DNA of 58,830 bases, from positions 1 to 58,830 of the IMG/VR virus record IMGVR_UViG_3300021185_000238, one strand, 5' to 3'. Each line of letters opens with the position of its first letter. The stretch's first letter is position 1. The notes beneath the pieces were generated by a model. That model was not told where the DNA came from and made no database searches. It worked only from the letters and a program-made list of their open reading frames with translations. The position numbers were made by a program, and so were the translations under genes. This stretch comes from a virus (taxonomy: Duplodnaviria; Caudoviricetes). Shown piece by piece: positions 42,350 through 53,195 of this stretch.

Positions 42350-45160
42350 ATGCAAGTAGAAGACTTTTTAAGAAGGGTACTGGGGGAAGATGGGCACTAC
42401 TGCCTATTCTCTTTCCGTACAAAAGATGACAGGAGGGTACAGAAGTTTTACACCTCCGTAGGGGATATGGCTGATGCCGCACGTGACCTAGATAGCAAAG
42501 GATATGATTCTTATTTTGCACTTAGTACATTTAAAGAATCAAACTCACGTAAAGTAGGCAACGTACACCAACTCAAGTCTTTCTTTTTAGACCTCGACTG
42601 CGGGGCTACCAAAGACTATCCAGATCAAGATAAAGCCCTTGTAGCATTACAGGGGTTCTGTAAGACGTTATCACTACCCAAACCTAAACTGGTTAACTCT
42701 GGCCGTGGCGTTCACGCATATTGGTTCCTATCGGAGTCGATAGGGTTGGACGACTGGCTACCTGTAGCAGAACGTCTAAAGAAGTTATGTGCTGAACACG
42801 GACTACTGGCTGACCCCGCTGTCACCGCCGATGCCGCTAGGGTACTGCGTGTACCTACTACGCACAACTACAAGACCGATCCACCATCACCTGTAGAGTT
42901 CTTTGGAGATGACCATCCTGATGACGTAGACTTTGACAAGTTCTCTACGCTATTGGGAGGGGGGTTGATACCAGTTCCCAAGAAAATGACCCCGTCCGGT
43001 AGCAATGCTGTCATGGATGCGTTGATGGGTAACAAGCAAAACAAGTTTAAAGACATCATAGCTAAGACCATGAACGGCACTGGTTGCGACCAGATAAAAA
43101 CTATATGGAAAGACCAAGAGAATTGCAGTGAACCCATGTGGAGGGCGGGGCTGTCTATCGCTAAGTTCTGCGTAGACTCCGAATCTGCGGCTCACAACAT
43201 ATCTAAGAAGCACGAGGGGTACACTCCCGAAGACACACGGGAGAAGATGGAACTGATTAAAGGCCCATACAAGTGTACGTCTTTTGACGAGTTTAACCCT
43301 GACGTATGCCCGAACTGTCCTAACTGGGGCAAGATAAAATCCCCCATAGTGTTAGGCAGTAGCGTGGTGGAGGCAACGGAGGCAGACAACATCGTAGAAG
43401 TACCCGCGTTAGACCTCCCCTTTGCACCTGCTACTACCTACGTTATTCCGGCGTACCCTAGACCATTCTTTAGGGGAACCAACGGTGGTGTTTACATACG
43501 GACTACCAATGCCGAGGGCGACCCTGACGAGAAGGTCGTGTACCACAATGACCTGTACGTGGTTAAGCGTATACAAGACGTGGAGATGGGTGAAGCTGTA
43601 GTTGTTAGGCTACACCTACCTAAAGATGGAGTGAGGGAGTTCACAATCCCGCTTACCTCCGTTACCTCCAAAGAAGAATTACGGAAGCAGATGTCCATGA
43701 ACGGGGTTGCTGTTTCGAGGATGGACGATCTTATGACTTATATGACTACTTGGGTAAACGAGTTACAGGCTACCAGTGTTGCAGACGAAGCACGTAGGCA
43801 GTTTGGATGGACTGATGATTCGTACACATCGTTTGTAGTAGGCAACCAAGAAATATTTGAAGATAGTATAAAGGCCAATCCTCCTTCCACCCCCACGGTG
43901 GGCTTGTTCCATGCGTTTGAACCCAAGGGTACTTTGCAAGAGTGGATCGACATGGCTAACTTCTACGACCGTGACGGGTTTGAACTACATCAGTACATAG
44001 TTGCGTCCGCGTTTGGATCACCTCTTATGGCACTTAGTCCGGTAGCTTGCTCGGGGTTCCACGTGCATAGTAAGGAGAGTGGCCTTGGTAAAACTACTGC
44101 TATGTTCGTAGGGGCATCTGTATGGGGCAACCCCGAAGAGTTAGTGCTGGATAAGAACGATACGCAGAACTCTAGGATGCTACGTGGAGAAGTGTACCAT
44201 AACCTGCCACTGTACATTGACGAGATGACTAACGCTAAAGGCGACGACCTATCAGACATGGTGTACCAACTGACTGGGGGTAAGCAGAGGAACCGCATGA
44301 CTGGCGGTGGAGCAAATACGGAACGGGCACGGGGTAAGCCTTGGAGCCTACAGGCTGTCACTACAGGTAACACTAGCATCATCGAAAAGATAAGCATGTA
44401 CAAGAATGGGCCGAAGGCGGAGGCTCAACGTATGCTAGAGACCAAGGCAGTTAAGCTGTTTAAAGAAGCGGGAACTAAGAGCATTACTGATGCTCACGCA
44501 CGCAACGCTGTGTCTATATACGGCCACGCCGGAACGGTTTACATACAGTACGTTATGAAGAACCTAGAAGAAGTAAAGAAGCTACGCGACTCCGTGCAGG
44601 CAAAGATAGATGAAGTGGCAGGACTCACCGCTGAGAACCGATTCTGGTCAGCAGGTGCGGCAAACAACCTGACAGGTGTACTCGTGGCTAAGAAGATAGG
44701 ACTAGTTAACTACGACACTAACAAGCTGTTTAAGTATGTTATCAAGTTACTACGTGAGAACTTAAATGCGGTAGCTGACATGGGTTCTTCTGCGGCAGAT
44801 ACCCTCAACGACTATATCCACGAGCATTGGGGTAGCATACTTAAAATCAAGAGTAGTGACGACCTACGCAAGAATCAGGGCAACGGCATGGACGACCTAG
44901 TTATACCCGAACTAGACCCTAAAGTGCGGCTAGTTGGTAGGTATGAGACTGACCTCAAACGTGCGTACCTAATACCTAAACCGCTGAAGGCATGGTGTGG
45001 GCGACAGCAGATAAACTACGGATCGTTTATACAGGAACTCAAAGATGGCTTTGGGGCTAAGACCACTAAGGTGCGACTTACTAAAGGTACTACTACCGTG
45101 TTACCTCTAACGCACGCGTTGTTTGTGGACTGCTCTAAGGTAGATGTAGAGACACAGTAA
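42350..45160 (+). CDS. primase-helicase (AEP/RepB-like primase + DUF927 + P-loop helicase)
   Basis: FFLDLDCG, SGRGVHAYW, ARVLRVP.T.N, CPNCP, RQFGW, SGLGKTT and YIDE. Confidence 0.88.
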   Translation: MQVEDFLRRVLGEDGHYCLFSFRTKDDRRVQKFYTSVGDMADAARDLDSKGYDSYFALSTFKESNSRKVGNVHQLKSFFLDLDCGATKDYPDQDKALVALQGFCKTLSLPKPKLVNSGRGVHAYWFLSESIGLDDWLPVAERLKKLCAEHGLLADPAVTADAARVLRVPTTHNYKTDPPSPVEFFGDDHPDDVDFDKFSTLLGGGLIPVPKKMTPSGSNAVMDALMGNKQNKFKDIIAKTMNGTGCDQIKTIWKDQENCSEPMWRAGLSIAKFCVDSESAAHNISKKHEGYTPEDTREKMELIKGPYKCTSFDEFNPDVCPNCPNWGKIKSPIVLGSSVVEATEADNIVEVPALDLPFAPATTYVIPAYPRPFFRGTNGGVYIRTTNAEGDPDEKVVYHNDLYVVKRIQDVEMGEAVVVRLHLPKDGVREFTIPLTSVTSKEELRKQMSMNGVAVSRMDDLMTYMTTWVNELQATSVADEARRQFGWTDDSYTSFVVGNQEIFEDSIKANPPSTPTVGLFHAFEPKGTLQEWIDMANFYDRDGFELHQYIVASAFGSPLMALSPVACSGFHVHSKESGLGKTTAMFVGASVWGNPEELVLDKNDTQNSRMLRGEVYHNLPLYIDEMTNAKGDDLSDMVYQLTGGKQRNRMTGGGANTERARGKPWSLQAVTTGNTSIIEKISMYKNGPKAEAQRMLETKAVKLFKEAGTKSITDAHARNAVSIYGHAGTVYIQYVMKNLEEVKKLRDSVQAKIDEVAGLTAENRFWSAGAANNLTGVLVAKKIGLVNYDTNKLFKYVIKLLRENLNAVADMGSSAADTLNDYIHEHWGSILKIKSSDDLRKNQGNGMDDLVIPELDPKVRLVGRYETDLKRAYLIPKPLKAWCGRQQINYGSFIQELKDGFGAKTTKVRLTKGTTTVLPLTHALFVDCSKVDVETQ

Positions 45161-45161
45161 C

Positions 45162-45377
45162 GTGTTAATGGTAGATGACATATCCCCTGACGGAATAAAA
45201 ATCGTAACAAACTGGGGCGCTATGCACGTGGGAGCATCTGTGTTTATCCCGTGTCTAAACACACAAGTAGCTAAGGAACAGGTCGTAAAGCTGTTTAAAC
45301 GTAAGAAATGGCAAGTTAAAACAAAAATAGCCATAGAAAATGGCAAATTAGGTATACGTATCTGGCGGACTATATGA
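45162..45377 (+). CDS. small conserved protein
   Basis: 71 aa, W..M.VGASVFIPC...E.G.LG.RIWR; last gene of the plus arm. Confidence 0.65.
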   Translation: MLMVDDISPDGIKIVTNWGAMHVGASVFIPCLNTQVAKEQVVKLFKRKKWQVKTKIAIENGKLGIRIWRTI

Positions 45378-45433
45378 TACTATATGGGACGTAGTGGGAA
45401 TCTCCCCTGACTCACTATGGTTATACCCCTCTC

Positions 45434-45471
45434 AACCCCCTGCTCGTTTCCGAGGCGACAGGGGGTTTTTT
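45434..45471 (+). terminator. terminator at the convergence of the two arms
   Basis: AACCCCCTG...CAGGGGGTT hairpin with an inner CTCG/CGAG stem, followed by a T tract. Confidence 0.75.
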
Positions 45472-48400
45472 ATCTAGGGTAAACCGCATCTAACGCGGCC
45501 TCATCTACCAAGTTTAGGAGTTTAGGGTTTACGTATAAACCGTTCGCACGTTGCATACTCGCAGTCGTCTGTACATCACGCAGTAAGGCTTCAGCCAAAC
45601 TACTTCGGGTTATAACGACAGTGGGGTTTTTATCGTTAAAAGCAATTATTTTTGGCATTATTTTATCTAGTCTTTGCGAATCATCTATCATGTACGACGT
45701 GATATACTCGCTCATTAGGTCTTTTCTTTGCTTACCTATGGCCCTCGCCTTTTTACTTACCCTAGCGTTCACTTCCTGCTGTAATGCGTACCCCATAGGA
45801 GGAAAACCTACGCCACTAAGTAACAAATCTTTATTGGTTAGTCCTTCGTATATAGCAGCACGTGACCTACCTTGCGTTGTCTTGGTATACATACCCCTCT
45901 CTTGATAAAATCGCCCTACAGGAGTTACCCTATACAGGTTAGTAACACCCGCAGGTAGAAAATTTTCAATGGCTCGCTGATAATTCTCTTTTTTTACGTC
46001 TTCGATCCCTCTAATAATTCTCTTTACAGTGCTCCATGCAGGGCCACCCGTAAACATAGCTACAAGTTCTTCTTCTGTGGGTTCTGGGTTGTACCTGTTC
46101 TCTTGAAACAGCAAGTTTGTAAGGGCTACACGCTGAGACACGTCTACACCTGAGTAGTAAGACAGTGGCCCTTTATATGCCATAAGCCCCAAATGAATGT
46201 CATCGAAGACGGCTGTCAGAGCGTGCTGTAGTTCGGCCCTAGTCATATCCTCATCGTCTTCTTTAAACAAGTCCCTTACGAACTGTACGATCCCAAACAA
46301 GGGCATACCCTGCACACCGGCAACAGCAAATGCGGTCAGGTTAACGCCTACTATAGCTTTTAATGCTTGCGTCCTTATCTCGTTCCTTTCTTGGCGCGGC
46401 ATGTCCTTGGTGCCTCCAACGACTAGGTCGTAGTGACTCTTTATCATAGTAGTGTACATACGCATACCGAAACTCTTGTACATACCTGCAATGCGTCCTA
46501 AGTTAGCGCGTATGAGTCGGGGGGTAGTCTCCAGAGTCGCGCCGCCATTTAATTCGTGAGTTACGTACGCCGCTTCCTCTGCCGCAAACTTTCTCTTAGC
46601 CTCTGTATTACTTGGCACGTCAACAAACTTAGCTTGTAGTTTACTGTACACTCGCTTACTAGAATCCATCTGCTGTAACAGTAAGTCGTAACTAGCAAGT
46701 AAAGAAGACTGCCGGTTAAACCTCTCAGCCGAGTTAAACATAATAGCCGAAGTCTCTCCCCACCAGTCTAGGCTCGTCCACTTCTTAGTTCTCTTCTCCC
46801 CACTGGCCTCTACCGCCGCAGATATATCCATACCTACTGTAGTCTCTATAAGCCCTTGCTCCAGAGCGTGCTTTATCAGGGGTATGTCTCGTTCAAGCGC
46901 CTCTATATCTCTTTTAACCTGCGCTGTATCGTCTAAAGACAGGGGATTCTTAGCGGAGGATATTAACTGCTTTCGCTTACTTTCTTTCAGCGTGACTTGC
47001 AACTCTATAGCAACCTTACCGTTACGTGTTACTTTGACTTGCTTAACGTCGTAGTCTCTGTCTATCCTGTTACCCCTAGCCATTACTCTTGCCGTAGCAC
47101 TGTTGAGCGCCCCAACGGTAGCGTCTATACCGTACACAGAAGCTAGGTTGGGAAATACCATTGTGGGGAGTTGAGCCAAATTAACAAGTGCTGATGACGC
47201 GTTAAAACCAATGGTGTATATGAAGGCTATCTGATTAGCAATCTTAGCGCCCTTCTCAAACATATTGTTTGGAGACCCAGACAGAGCAAAGTCAGCCCTA
47301 TCCAGCAGTTCATTGCGGGTATAGTTACGTAACGCAGTACTCTTCCACTTAGGGTCTATAGACTTAGGGTCTCCCGCCGCCTCAATTATTTTTTCTTTAA
47401 GAGCAGATATTTTTGCGGCGCTTCTAATCTTAGCTATTTGCGCGGCTAGGCTATAGCCTTTTTTCTCTAAGCCTAGTGCTGCATTGGGTTCAAACCCGTA
47501 CACGTTATTACGTCCTTGTAGAGACTTAGCGAAGGCAGTCTCTGGTAATGTATTGATGAACATGTTCATCACCGAAGTCTGTATATCCGGCGAAATATCA
47601 TTAGCCCTTAGTAGCTGTAGTATGTCTGCCACAAGTGATCCAGAAGGAGCTGTTTTGTTGAACTGCTTAATGTCCATGTCGGCATCGTATGTCCTGACTC
47701 CCTCCACTCCACCTATAGCATCTTTCGCCGCGTTTAAGGCCGCCGCTTCCTGCTCTCCTTTAGTCTGGAACATAAGAAACACGGGTTGTTCTTTACCATC
47801 TACCTTAACACTGTAGGCTACCTTGTATTTTCCCTCCCGTACTAACGGGAAGTACACGTCTAGAGCACCTTTCCCCGCCAACTCTCTGGCTATCCTGTCC
47901 TTCATTTTTGCGGCTAATTCCTTGTTGTCGCCGGAAGTACTATCAATTTGCCCGAATACCACATCCAACAGATCATCGAACTGCCCTTTATACAGCTTGC
48001 GTTGTCTTCTGAACTCCGCCTGCCCTCTCTCCCCTATATTATCCCAGTGCTCTCGCTGGTCTAACCACACGTCAAACAAGTCTCTGCCGTCACCAGCTTC
48101 TTTACCTTCATACCTAGTTCTAGCGTCTACTTTACTTAATTCGGGGTCTACTCCATATATAGTAGCGCCAAACTTAGTGCTGTATATTAGAGTGTTAAAC
48201 GAATCAACTACTTTACTATCTACGGAATTTGCCCAATCTCTAAATTTAACTAGTACGGACTCTACGGATTTCTGCCCTAAACCTATCTGTACCCTTTGCG
48301 CACTAATTGCCCTATACAAATCATACCCTAGCTGCCCAAACCCTGTGTTTCTGGCTACATCTCCTAGAGTCTGTAAGTCAAGTGCGCCAAGTGCAAGTTG

Positions 48401-51400
48401 AGTAGGCTGCTTGGCCATGTCTACGCCTTTAAAGAAGAACTCTCTCAAAGTCGCAAGTCTCTGACTACTAGAAGATGACTTACGCTCTAACCCTCTAAAT
48501 ATAGCCTTGGCCAACGGAGAAGTAGCGGGACGCCATTTGTCCTCCCCCGTAAAGTCTCTCACAGCAGATTGCGTTTCCATCGCGGCTAGCTTATCCATAC
48601 CCCTAAAATTTGAGTCGGTGGACAGCATGGTCAGTATAGTTTGGTCTACTGCTGTTAAAGCGGAGCCGCTAAACTCTACATTTACGTCTCCTCCAATACC
48701 GGATACCTTACTCCCTGCACGCTTTACCGCGCCGTACGCTCTACGCACTATATTAGTAACCGCATCAAAAAACGCCTGTAAGGCAGTGTAATCCTTACCC
48801 TGAGAGTTTAATTCCGCCAGACGAAGCTGAAACGCTGGGTTGCTAAATGCTTCTGCTACAAATTCACGTATGTTAGTTATGTTGTCGAATTGCTTAATCT
48901 TGCCGCTTGCTACGAGGTCGTTATATAGCTTTTGTATTTTCTTGGTGTTGGGGTCAGACGGATTATTAAGCGTAGCAACAGTAGCCGCGTGAGTAATCTC
49001 GTGCAGTAGAGTATGTACTGTAAGGGGGTTGTCGGAGTTGATAAATATAGTGTTGGAGTCCGCGTCGTATACCCCTGCTATAACATTATCATCTGTTCTA
49101 GGAGTGTACCCTATACTTTCTAGGTCTCCGGTGTTTACTACCTCTACCTTTACCCCATCAACTACGTTAGATAACGCTTTTATTACCTGCTTAACGCGGT
49201 TATTCTTGGTTCCTCTAGCAAGCGCCTGCATAGCGCCGGGTAAATCTCCTTTGGATAACAACTCTATAACGTCTTTAGATAAGTCCGTATCCATAGTTGC
49301 TGCAACATCTACATCTAACTCTAGGAAATCGTACCCGAACTCTTTTTGTATTTTATATATTCTTGCGCTTTCTTTAATGAGGTCAGGGCTGGCATCCGCA
49401 AAGAACTTTTTGGATTCGGCATCTCTCTTACTACGGGGTACGTCGTGCATGGCTAAGTTGTAAGCAGCGATAACGTCTTCTCGTGTTATGCCCTTAACTT
49501 TTGTAAACTTCTCTACAGCCGCATCTATTATTTCTTGTTTAGTAGTCTTGGGTTTAGGCTTAACGTCTTTACGAGCGTCTAAGTTAGCCTCTGCTTCTGA
49601 AACTTTCTTGGCGTCTTGCCTATCTTTTTTAGCTTTATTTCTAGCTTCGGCTTTAGCCTTTTTAGCTTCAGCGCGTTTTACAGCAAGCACTTCCGCTAGT
49701 TGTTTTAAGTTAGTCTCTGGATCACTGCTAGCGTTAGCGTAGGACTCTGCCCGCTCAACATTCCGTTTAGCCGTGGTGGTCAGTAACCCTTTGTTATTAG
49801 TAGAAGTGTAATCTAAGCTATTGTTGTTTATAACCTTGGCAAAGTTAGCGTCCGCAGATTCTTGGGCGGATTTTCGCTTACTTACTTCCTTTTTCTTCCT
49901 CGCACTTTTATCTGCTGTCTTAGCACGAGTTGTTTCTACCCTGCCCTCGGTGTCTAGTATTTCCTGTGCTTCTGCGGCGTCTGCTTCGGCATCAGCTATT
50001 TCTTGGGCGCTACCCACCTCTTGCAGGCTTTCTTGTGTCCTTGCATCGGCCTCTCGTTCTGCCAGCATAGCTGCATCAGCAGCGGCAGCTTCGCCCTTCT
50101 TTATTATTCCTTCTTCCGCTAACTTTAAACGTGCCTTCGTATCAACCATACGTGCCCTGACCTGTCGCATAGTCTCAGCACTTAAATTATTCGTCGCCCA
50201 GTCTAGTACCTTTTGCCCGTTTTCTCCGCCGGTAGATTCTAGGTTGGGTGCTAGCGGGTCTACTTCACCAGACTTTTTATTAGGTTTTTTGTATACAACA
50301 CTCTCAGGATCAGCCACGTCATATATGGCGCTATCCAAGGCGCTATCAAGATCGTCAAATTGATTAAGGTACTTATGCACAACAGTGTTCGCGTTGTATG
50401 CTTCTTTCTGCCCTGCATCGTACCCATCGGGGGCTTTATCTTTTCTTGGGGTGTTTTTTAATCCGTTTGCTCTGGACGTATCTCTACCCGAAGCTGCGTG
50501 AGGCTTCACAGTAAAACGAGTCCTACCAGTAAACCTGAACTTCCCCGTCTCTGGGTTAATAGTGGGTGCTACCGTCGTATCCTCACTAGAAGGGACAAAC
50601 CCGACCGCTTCCAGCTTCTTCTGCATATCTGTTTTCGGCTTTGCTTTCGGCTTTGCTTTCGGCTTTGCTTTCGGCTTTACCGCAGGGGTAGTTGTTTCTA
50701 CCGCAGGTGTAGTTGTTTCTACCGCAGGTGTAGTTGTTAATGCACCACGCTTAGTTCCTTTTCCTGTTCTAGCAGGGCTAGTGCTTTCGACAGGGCTGTC
50801 CAATCCTGCAACGTCAGTTGGTGCAGTATCTCTGGCACCTTCAAGGGTCTCTCCCCCTGCCACGACTGCTGGACTATCTTGAACGCTGTCTCTACCTCTT
50901 TCTGTGTCAACTGCTGTAGTAAGTCCACGTTTGGCTCCTTTCTCAGGTATTAACGCTTCCATTTCAGCCACGTCAGAGTCCGCAGCGGTTAGCTTTTCAT
51001 CTTCAGCTTGCTCTGCGGCTAACCTCCCCGCTTCTGTGTCGCGGTCAGCGAGTTGGAAGTTAACGGCTTTTTGTATAGCACCTGCTTCTGTCTCAGTAAT
51101 TATTGAGTCTGTTACGCCCTCGGCCTCTAGCGCACTCTGGAAGGCTTTACCCAAAGAGTTGTAATTAGTTGTGGGGTTTTGCTCTATAACTTCTTGTAGT
51201 ATGGCTTCTCTACGCCGAGCGGTGTCGGATAGTGTGCGACCTTCTACCCTACCAGTTATACTTTCTAGTTCTGATTCCTGCTCTAACTCTTGCCTTTGAT
51301 CTGCGGTGCGCGTTCGCTCTTGAGCCTTTATGTCTTCTTCCGCTTGTATTTCTGCGTAGGCGTCATCGTCTACTAATTCTTGTATTTCAGCGGTTTCGGA

Positions 51401-53110
51401 GGCGTCTATTTGATCTATAAAGTCGTCTTCTCTGGGAGTGATCTGGCCTTCTTCTCGGGCCTCGGCAAGAGTTCTCGCCTCTGCTTCAGCGGCTTCTTGT
51501 TTACGAACATTTCTAGCGGCGAAGGCTTCCTGCTCCTCGAAGGTCATATCTTCAAACAAGGCTGCTTGTTCTTCTTGCGACAGGTCTTCTATAAAGCCTA
51601 AGTCTGATTCTGCCTCTATCTTTACTTCTGCATCTGTCTTTCTATCCCGCATCTTATCCAAGAATGCTTTAAGTTCAGGAGATAGGCTCAAAGCCATTTC
51701 AGTTTCGGTTTCAAAAGTTATTGAATTGTCAGCCCCTACTTTACGCTTCCAACCGGCATACTTCAGTACTTTTCTTTCTTCGGCATCTGTTAAACGCCTA
51801 TCAGTATTTACTAACTTGGCTAGTTCTTTTTGGTCTATGTAGTACTCGCGGTTCCCGTCGTCGTCAATGACGTAAGGGTCTCCGGTTTTCTCGTCTACGA
51901 GTACTTCTCTATCCAGTAACTCGTTTACTTGTTCTTCGGTGGGTGGCGAGTCCAACGTCTCAGGAGTATCCAAACCTAAATCTAGCTGACGATCCTCAGA
52001 ATCAACCTGTGTCTCGGCTTGAATATTATCAATTTGTTCTGAACTAATACCTGTTCGTACCTTACCGCGTCTGCCAGTAATTTGGTCTGCGACAAGCTGT
52101 ACAAAGAAGCCCGTAGCACCGCCGACTTGCCCCTCTTCATAGACTCCTGCGTCAATCGCTACTTGATCGGGGTCGTACCCTTGAGCAATTAAGTTTTGTA
52201 GTATTGCCGCACCAGCTTCTTGAGCAGCTTCTCCAGTACCAGCAACAACGGCACTACCGACTCGCCCTATAGTGTCTGCGTCTAACTTGTTAAACACTTC
52301 AGACACTCCGGGAATACGTAGCATTTTAAGTATGGGGACTTGCTCTAAAGTACCTACGCCAAACCCTTTAAGGGCGGCTGTGTTTCTTTCGTCTTCACTA
52401 GCACCAAAAGCTCTTGCCCTTTCACTCGCTTCACCAGCACCTGCAAACGCGGTCGTTAATGTGCCAGCAGCAACCCCCGACAATCCTGCGGCAACCGCTG
52501 ATGCTCCCAAGGCACCCGCACCATATATAGTACCTAGAGTGACTCCTATAGCACCGGCTACAGAGCCTATGCCGGTTCCTAATTTATAACTAAAGTCATC
52601 TGGATTACCCGCGTCGGGGGTTAAAGCGTCACCAACTCCTTGAATAAATTCACGAGACCGAAGCTCGGCTTCTTCTTCCTGTAAAGTAGCTAAACCTAAC
52701 GCAGAGGTTTCTGCTAGATTAACTACGCCCGCTGCTGTGCCCGCTAACAAGTTTTCTAGTAAACCTGCTTCGTCTGGAGATTGAGGTTGGCGGTCAGCAA
52801 AAGCCTGTGCGGGGGTACGAGGATTAGGCGCAGGAGTAAGAGTACTAGGCGCGGGAGTAAGAGTACTAGGCGCAAAAGTATTAGGCGTAGTGGGGCTGGG
52901 AGACAAGTTAAAACTGTCTAGTTGTTGTTGTAGTAATCCTGCACTTGCAGTGTCCCCCGCATCGTTAGCGCGGTTTATTGCGTCCGGCAGCCAGCTAGAC
53001 TCTTCTGAGTATACTCTGTTAAGTTCTTGCTCTAATACTTGCACTGATGCAAAGTCGTTAGCGGCTTTAGCCCTTCTTATCTGGGCGCTTAGAACGTCTA
53101 TTTGATTCAT
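45470..53110 (-). CDS. giant (~2550 aa) putative internal virion protein with a zincin-like metallopeptidase motif
   Basis: Gly/Ala-rich hydrophobic N-terminal helices, acidic and basic coiled regions, G.YD...TI...LLHEITHA...EFVAEAFSN, and YFPLVREG; last gene of the structural arm. Confidence 0.75.
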   Translation of the reverse strand: MNQIDVLSAQIRRAKAANDFASVQVLEQELNRVYSEESSWLPDAINRANDAGDTASAGLLQQQLDSFNLSPSPTTPNTFAPSTLTPAPSTLTPAPNPRTPAQAFADRQPQSPDEAGLLENLLAGTAAGVVNLAETSALGLATLQEEEAELRSREFIQGVGDALTPDAGNPDDFSYKLGTGIGSVAGAIGVTLGTIYGAGALGASAVAAGLSGVAAGTLTTAFAGAGEASERARAFGASEDERNTAALKGFGVGTLEQVPILKMLRIPGVSEVFNKLDADTIGRVGSAVVAGTGEAAQEAGAAILQNLIAQGYDPDQVAIDAGVYEEGQVGGATGFFVQLVADQITGRRGKVRTGISSEQIDNIQAETQVDSEDRQLDLGLDTPETLDSPPTEEQVNELLDREVLVDEKTGDPYVIDDDGNREYYIDQKELAKLVNTDRRLTDAEERKVLKYAGWKRKVGADNSITFETETEMALSLSPELKAFLDKMRDRKTDAEVKIEAESDLGFIEDLSQEEQAALFEDMTFEEQEAFAARNVRKQEAAEAEARTLAEAREEGQITPREDDFIDQIDASETAEIQELVDDDAYAEIQAEEDIKAQERTRTADQRQELEQESELESITGRVEGRTLSDTARRREAILQEVIEQNPTTNYNSLGKAFQSALEAEGVTDSIITETEAGAIQKAVNFQLADRDTEAGRLAAEQAEDEKLTAADSDVAEMEALIPEKGAKRGLTTAVDTERGRDSVQDSPAVVAGGETLEGARDTAPTDVAGLDSPVESTSPARTGKGTKRGALTTTPAVETTTPAVETTTPAVKPKAKPKAKPKAKPKTDMQKKLEAVGFVPSSEDTTVAPTINPETGKFRFTGRTRFTVKPHAASGRDTSRANGLKNTPRKDKAPDGYDAGQKEAYNANTVVHKYLNQFDDLDSALDSAIYDVADPESVVYKKPNKKSGEVDPLAPNLESTGGENGQKVLDWATNNLSAETMRQVRARMVDTKARLKLAEEGIIKKGEAAAADAAMLAEREADARTQESLQEVGSAQEIADAEADAAEAQEILDTEGRVETTRAKTADKSARKKKEVSKRKSAQESADANFAKVINNNSLDYTSTNNKGLLTTTAKRNVERAESYANASSDPETNLKQLAEVLAVKRAEAKKAKAEARNKAKKDRQDAKKVSEAEANLDARKDVKPKPKTTKQEIIDAAVEKFTKVKGITREDVIAAYNLAMHDVPRSKRDAESKKFFADASPDLIKESARIYKIQKEFGYDFLELDVDVAATMDTDLSKDVIELLSKGDLPGAMQALARGTKNNRVKQVIKALSNVVDGVKVEVVNTGDLESIGYTPRTDDNVIAGVYDADSNTIFINSDNPLTVHTLLHEITHAATVATLNNPSDPNTKKIQKLYNDLVASGKIKQFDNITNIREFVAEAFSNPAFQLRLAELNSQGKDYTALQAFFDAVTNIVRRAYGAVKRAGSKVSGIGGDVNVEFSGSALTAVDQTILTMLSTDSNFRGMDKLAAMETQSAVRDFTGEDKWRPATSPLAKAIFRGLERKSSSSSQRLATLREFFFKGVDMAKQPTQLALGALDLQTLGDVARNTGFGQLGYDLYRAISAQRVQIGLGQKSVESVLVKFRDWANSVDSKVVDSFNTLIYSTKFGATIYGVDPELSKVDARTRYEGKEAGDGRDLFDVWLDQREHWDNIGERGQAEFRRQRKLYKGQFDDLLDVVFGQIDSTSGDNKELAAKMKDRIARELAGKGALDVYFPLVREGKYKVAYSVKVDGKEQPVFLMFQTKGEQEAAALNAAKDAIGGVEGVRTYDADMDIKQFNKTAPSGSLVADILQLLRANDISPDIQTSVMNMFINTLPETAFAKSLQGRNNVYGFEPNAALGLEKKGYSLAAQIAKIRSAAKISALKEKIIEAAGDPKSIDPKWKSTALRNYTRNELLDRADFALSGSPNNMFEKGAKIANQIAFIYTIGFNASSALVNLAQLPTMVFPNLASVYGIDATVGALNSATARVMARGNRIDRDYDVKQVKVTRNGKVAIELQVTLKESKRKQLISSAKNPLSLDDTAQVKRDIEALERDIPLIKHALEQGLIETTVGMDISAAVEASGEKRTKKWTSLDWWGETSAIMFNSAERFNRQSSLLASYDLLLQQMDSSKRVYSKLQAKFVDVPSNTEAKRKFAAEEAAYVTHELNGGATLETTPRLIRANLGRIAGMYKSFGMRMYTTMIKSHYDLVVGGTKDMPRQERNEIRTQALKAIVGVNLTAFAVAGVQGMPLFGIVQFVRDLFKEDDEDMTRAELQHALTAVFDDIHLGLMAYKGPLSYYSGVDVSQRVALTNLLFQENRYNPEPTEEELVAMFTGGPAWSTVKRIIRGIEDVKKENYQRAIENFLPAGVTNLYRVTPVGRFYQERGMYTKTTQGRSRAAIYEGLTNKDLLLSGVGFPPMGYALQQEVNARVSKKARAIGKQRKDLMSEYITSYMIDDSQRLDKIMPKIIAFNDKNPTVVITRSSLAEALLRDVQTTASMQRANGLYVNPKLLNLVDEAALDAVYPR

Positions 53111-53195
53111 ACACACTACTCACTGTCTTATGCTAGTAGTATACCAGTGAAATGCTAGTAACCACACTACGTTGTTACATGGTGTTTAAGGGCTA

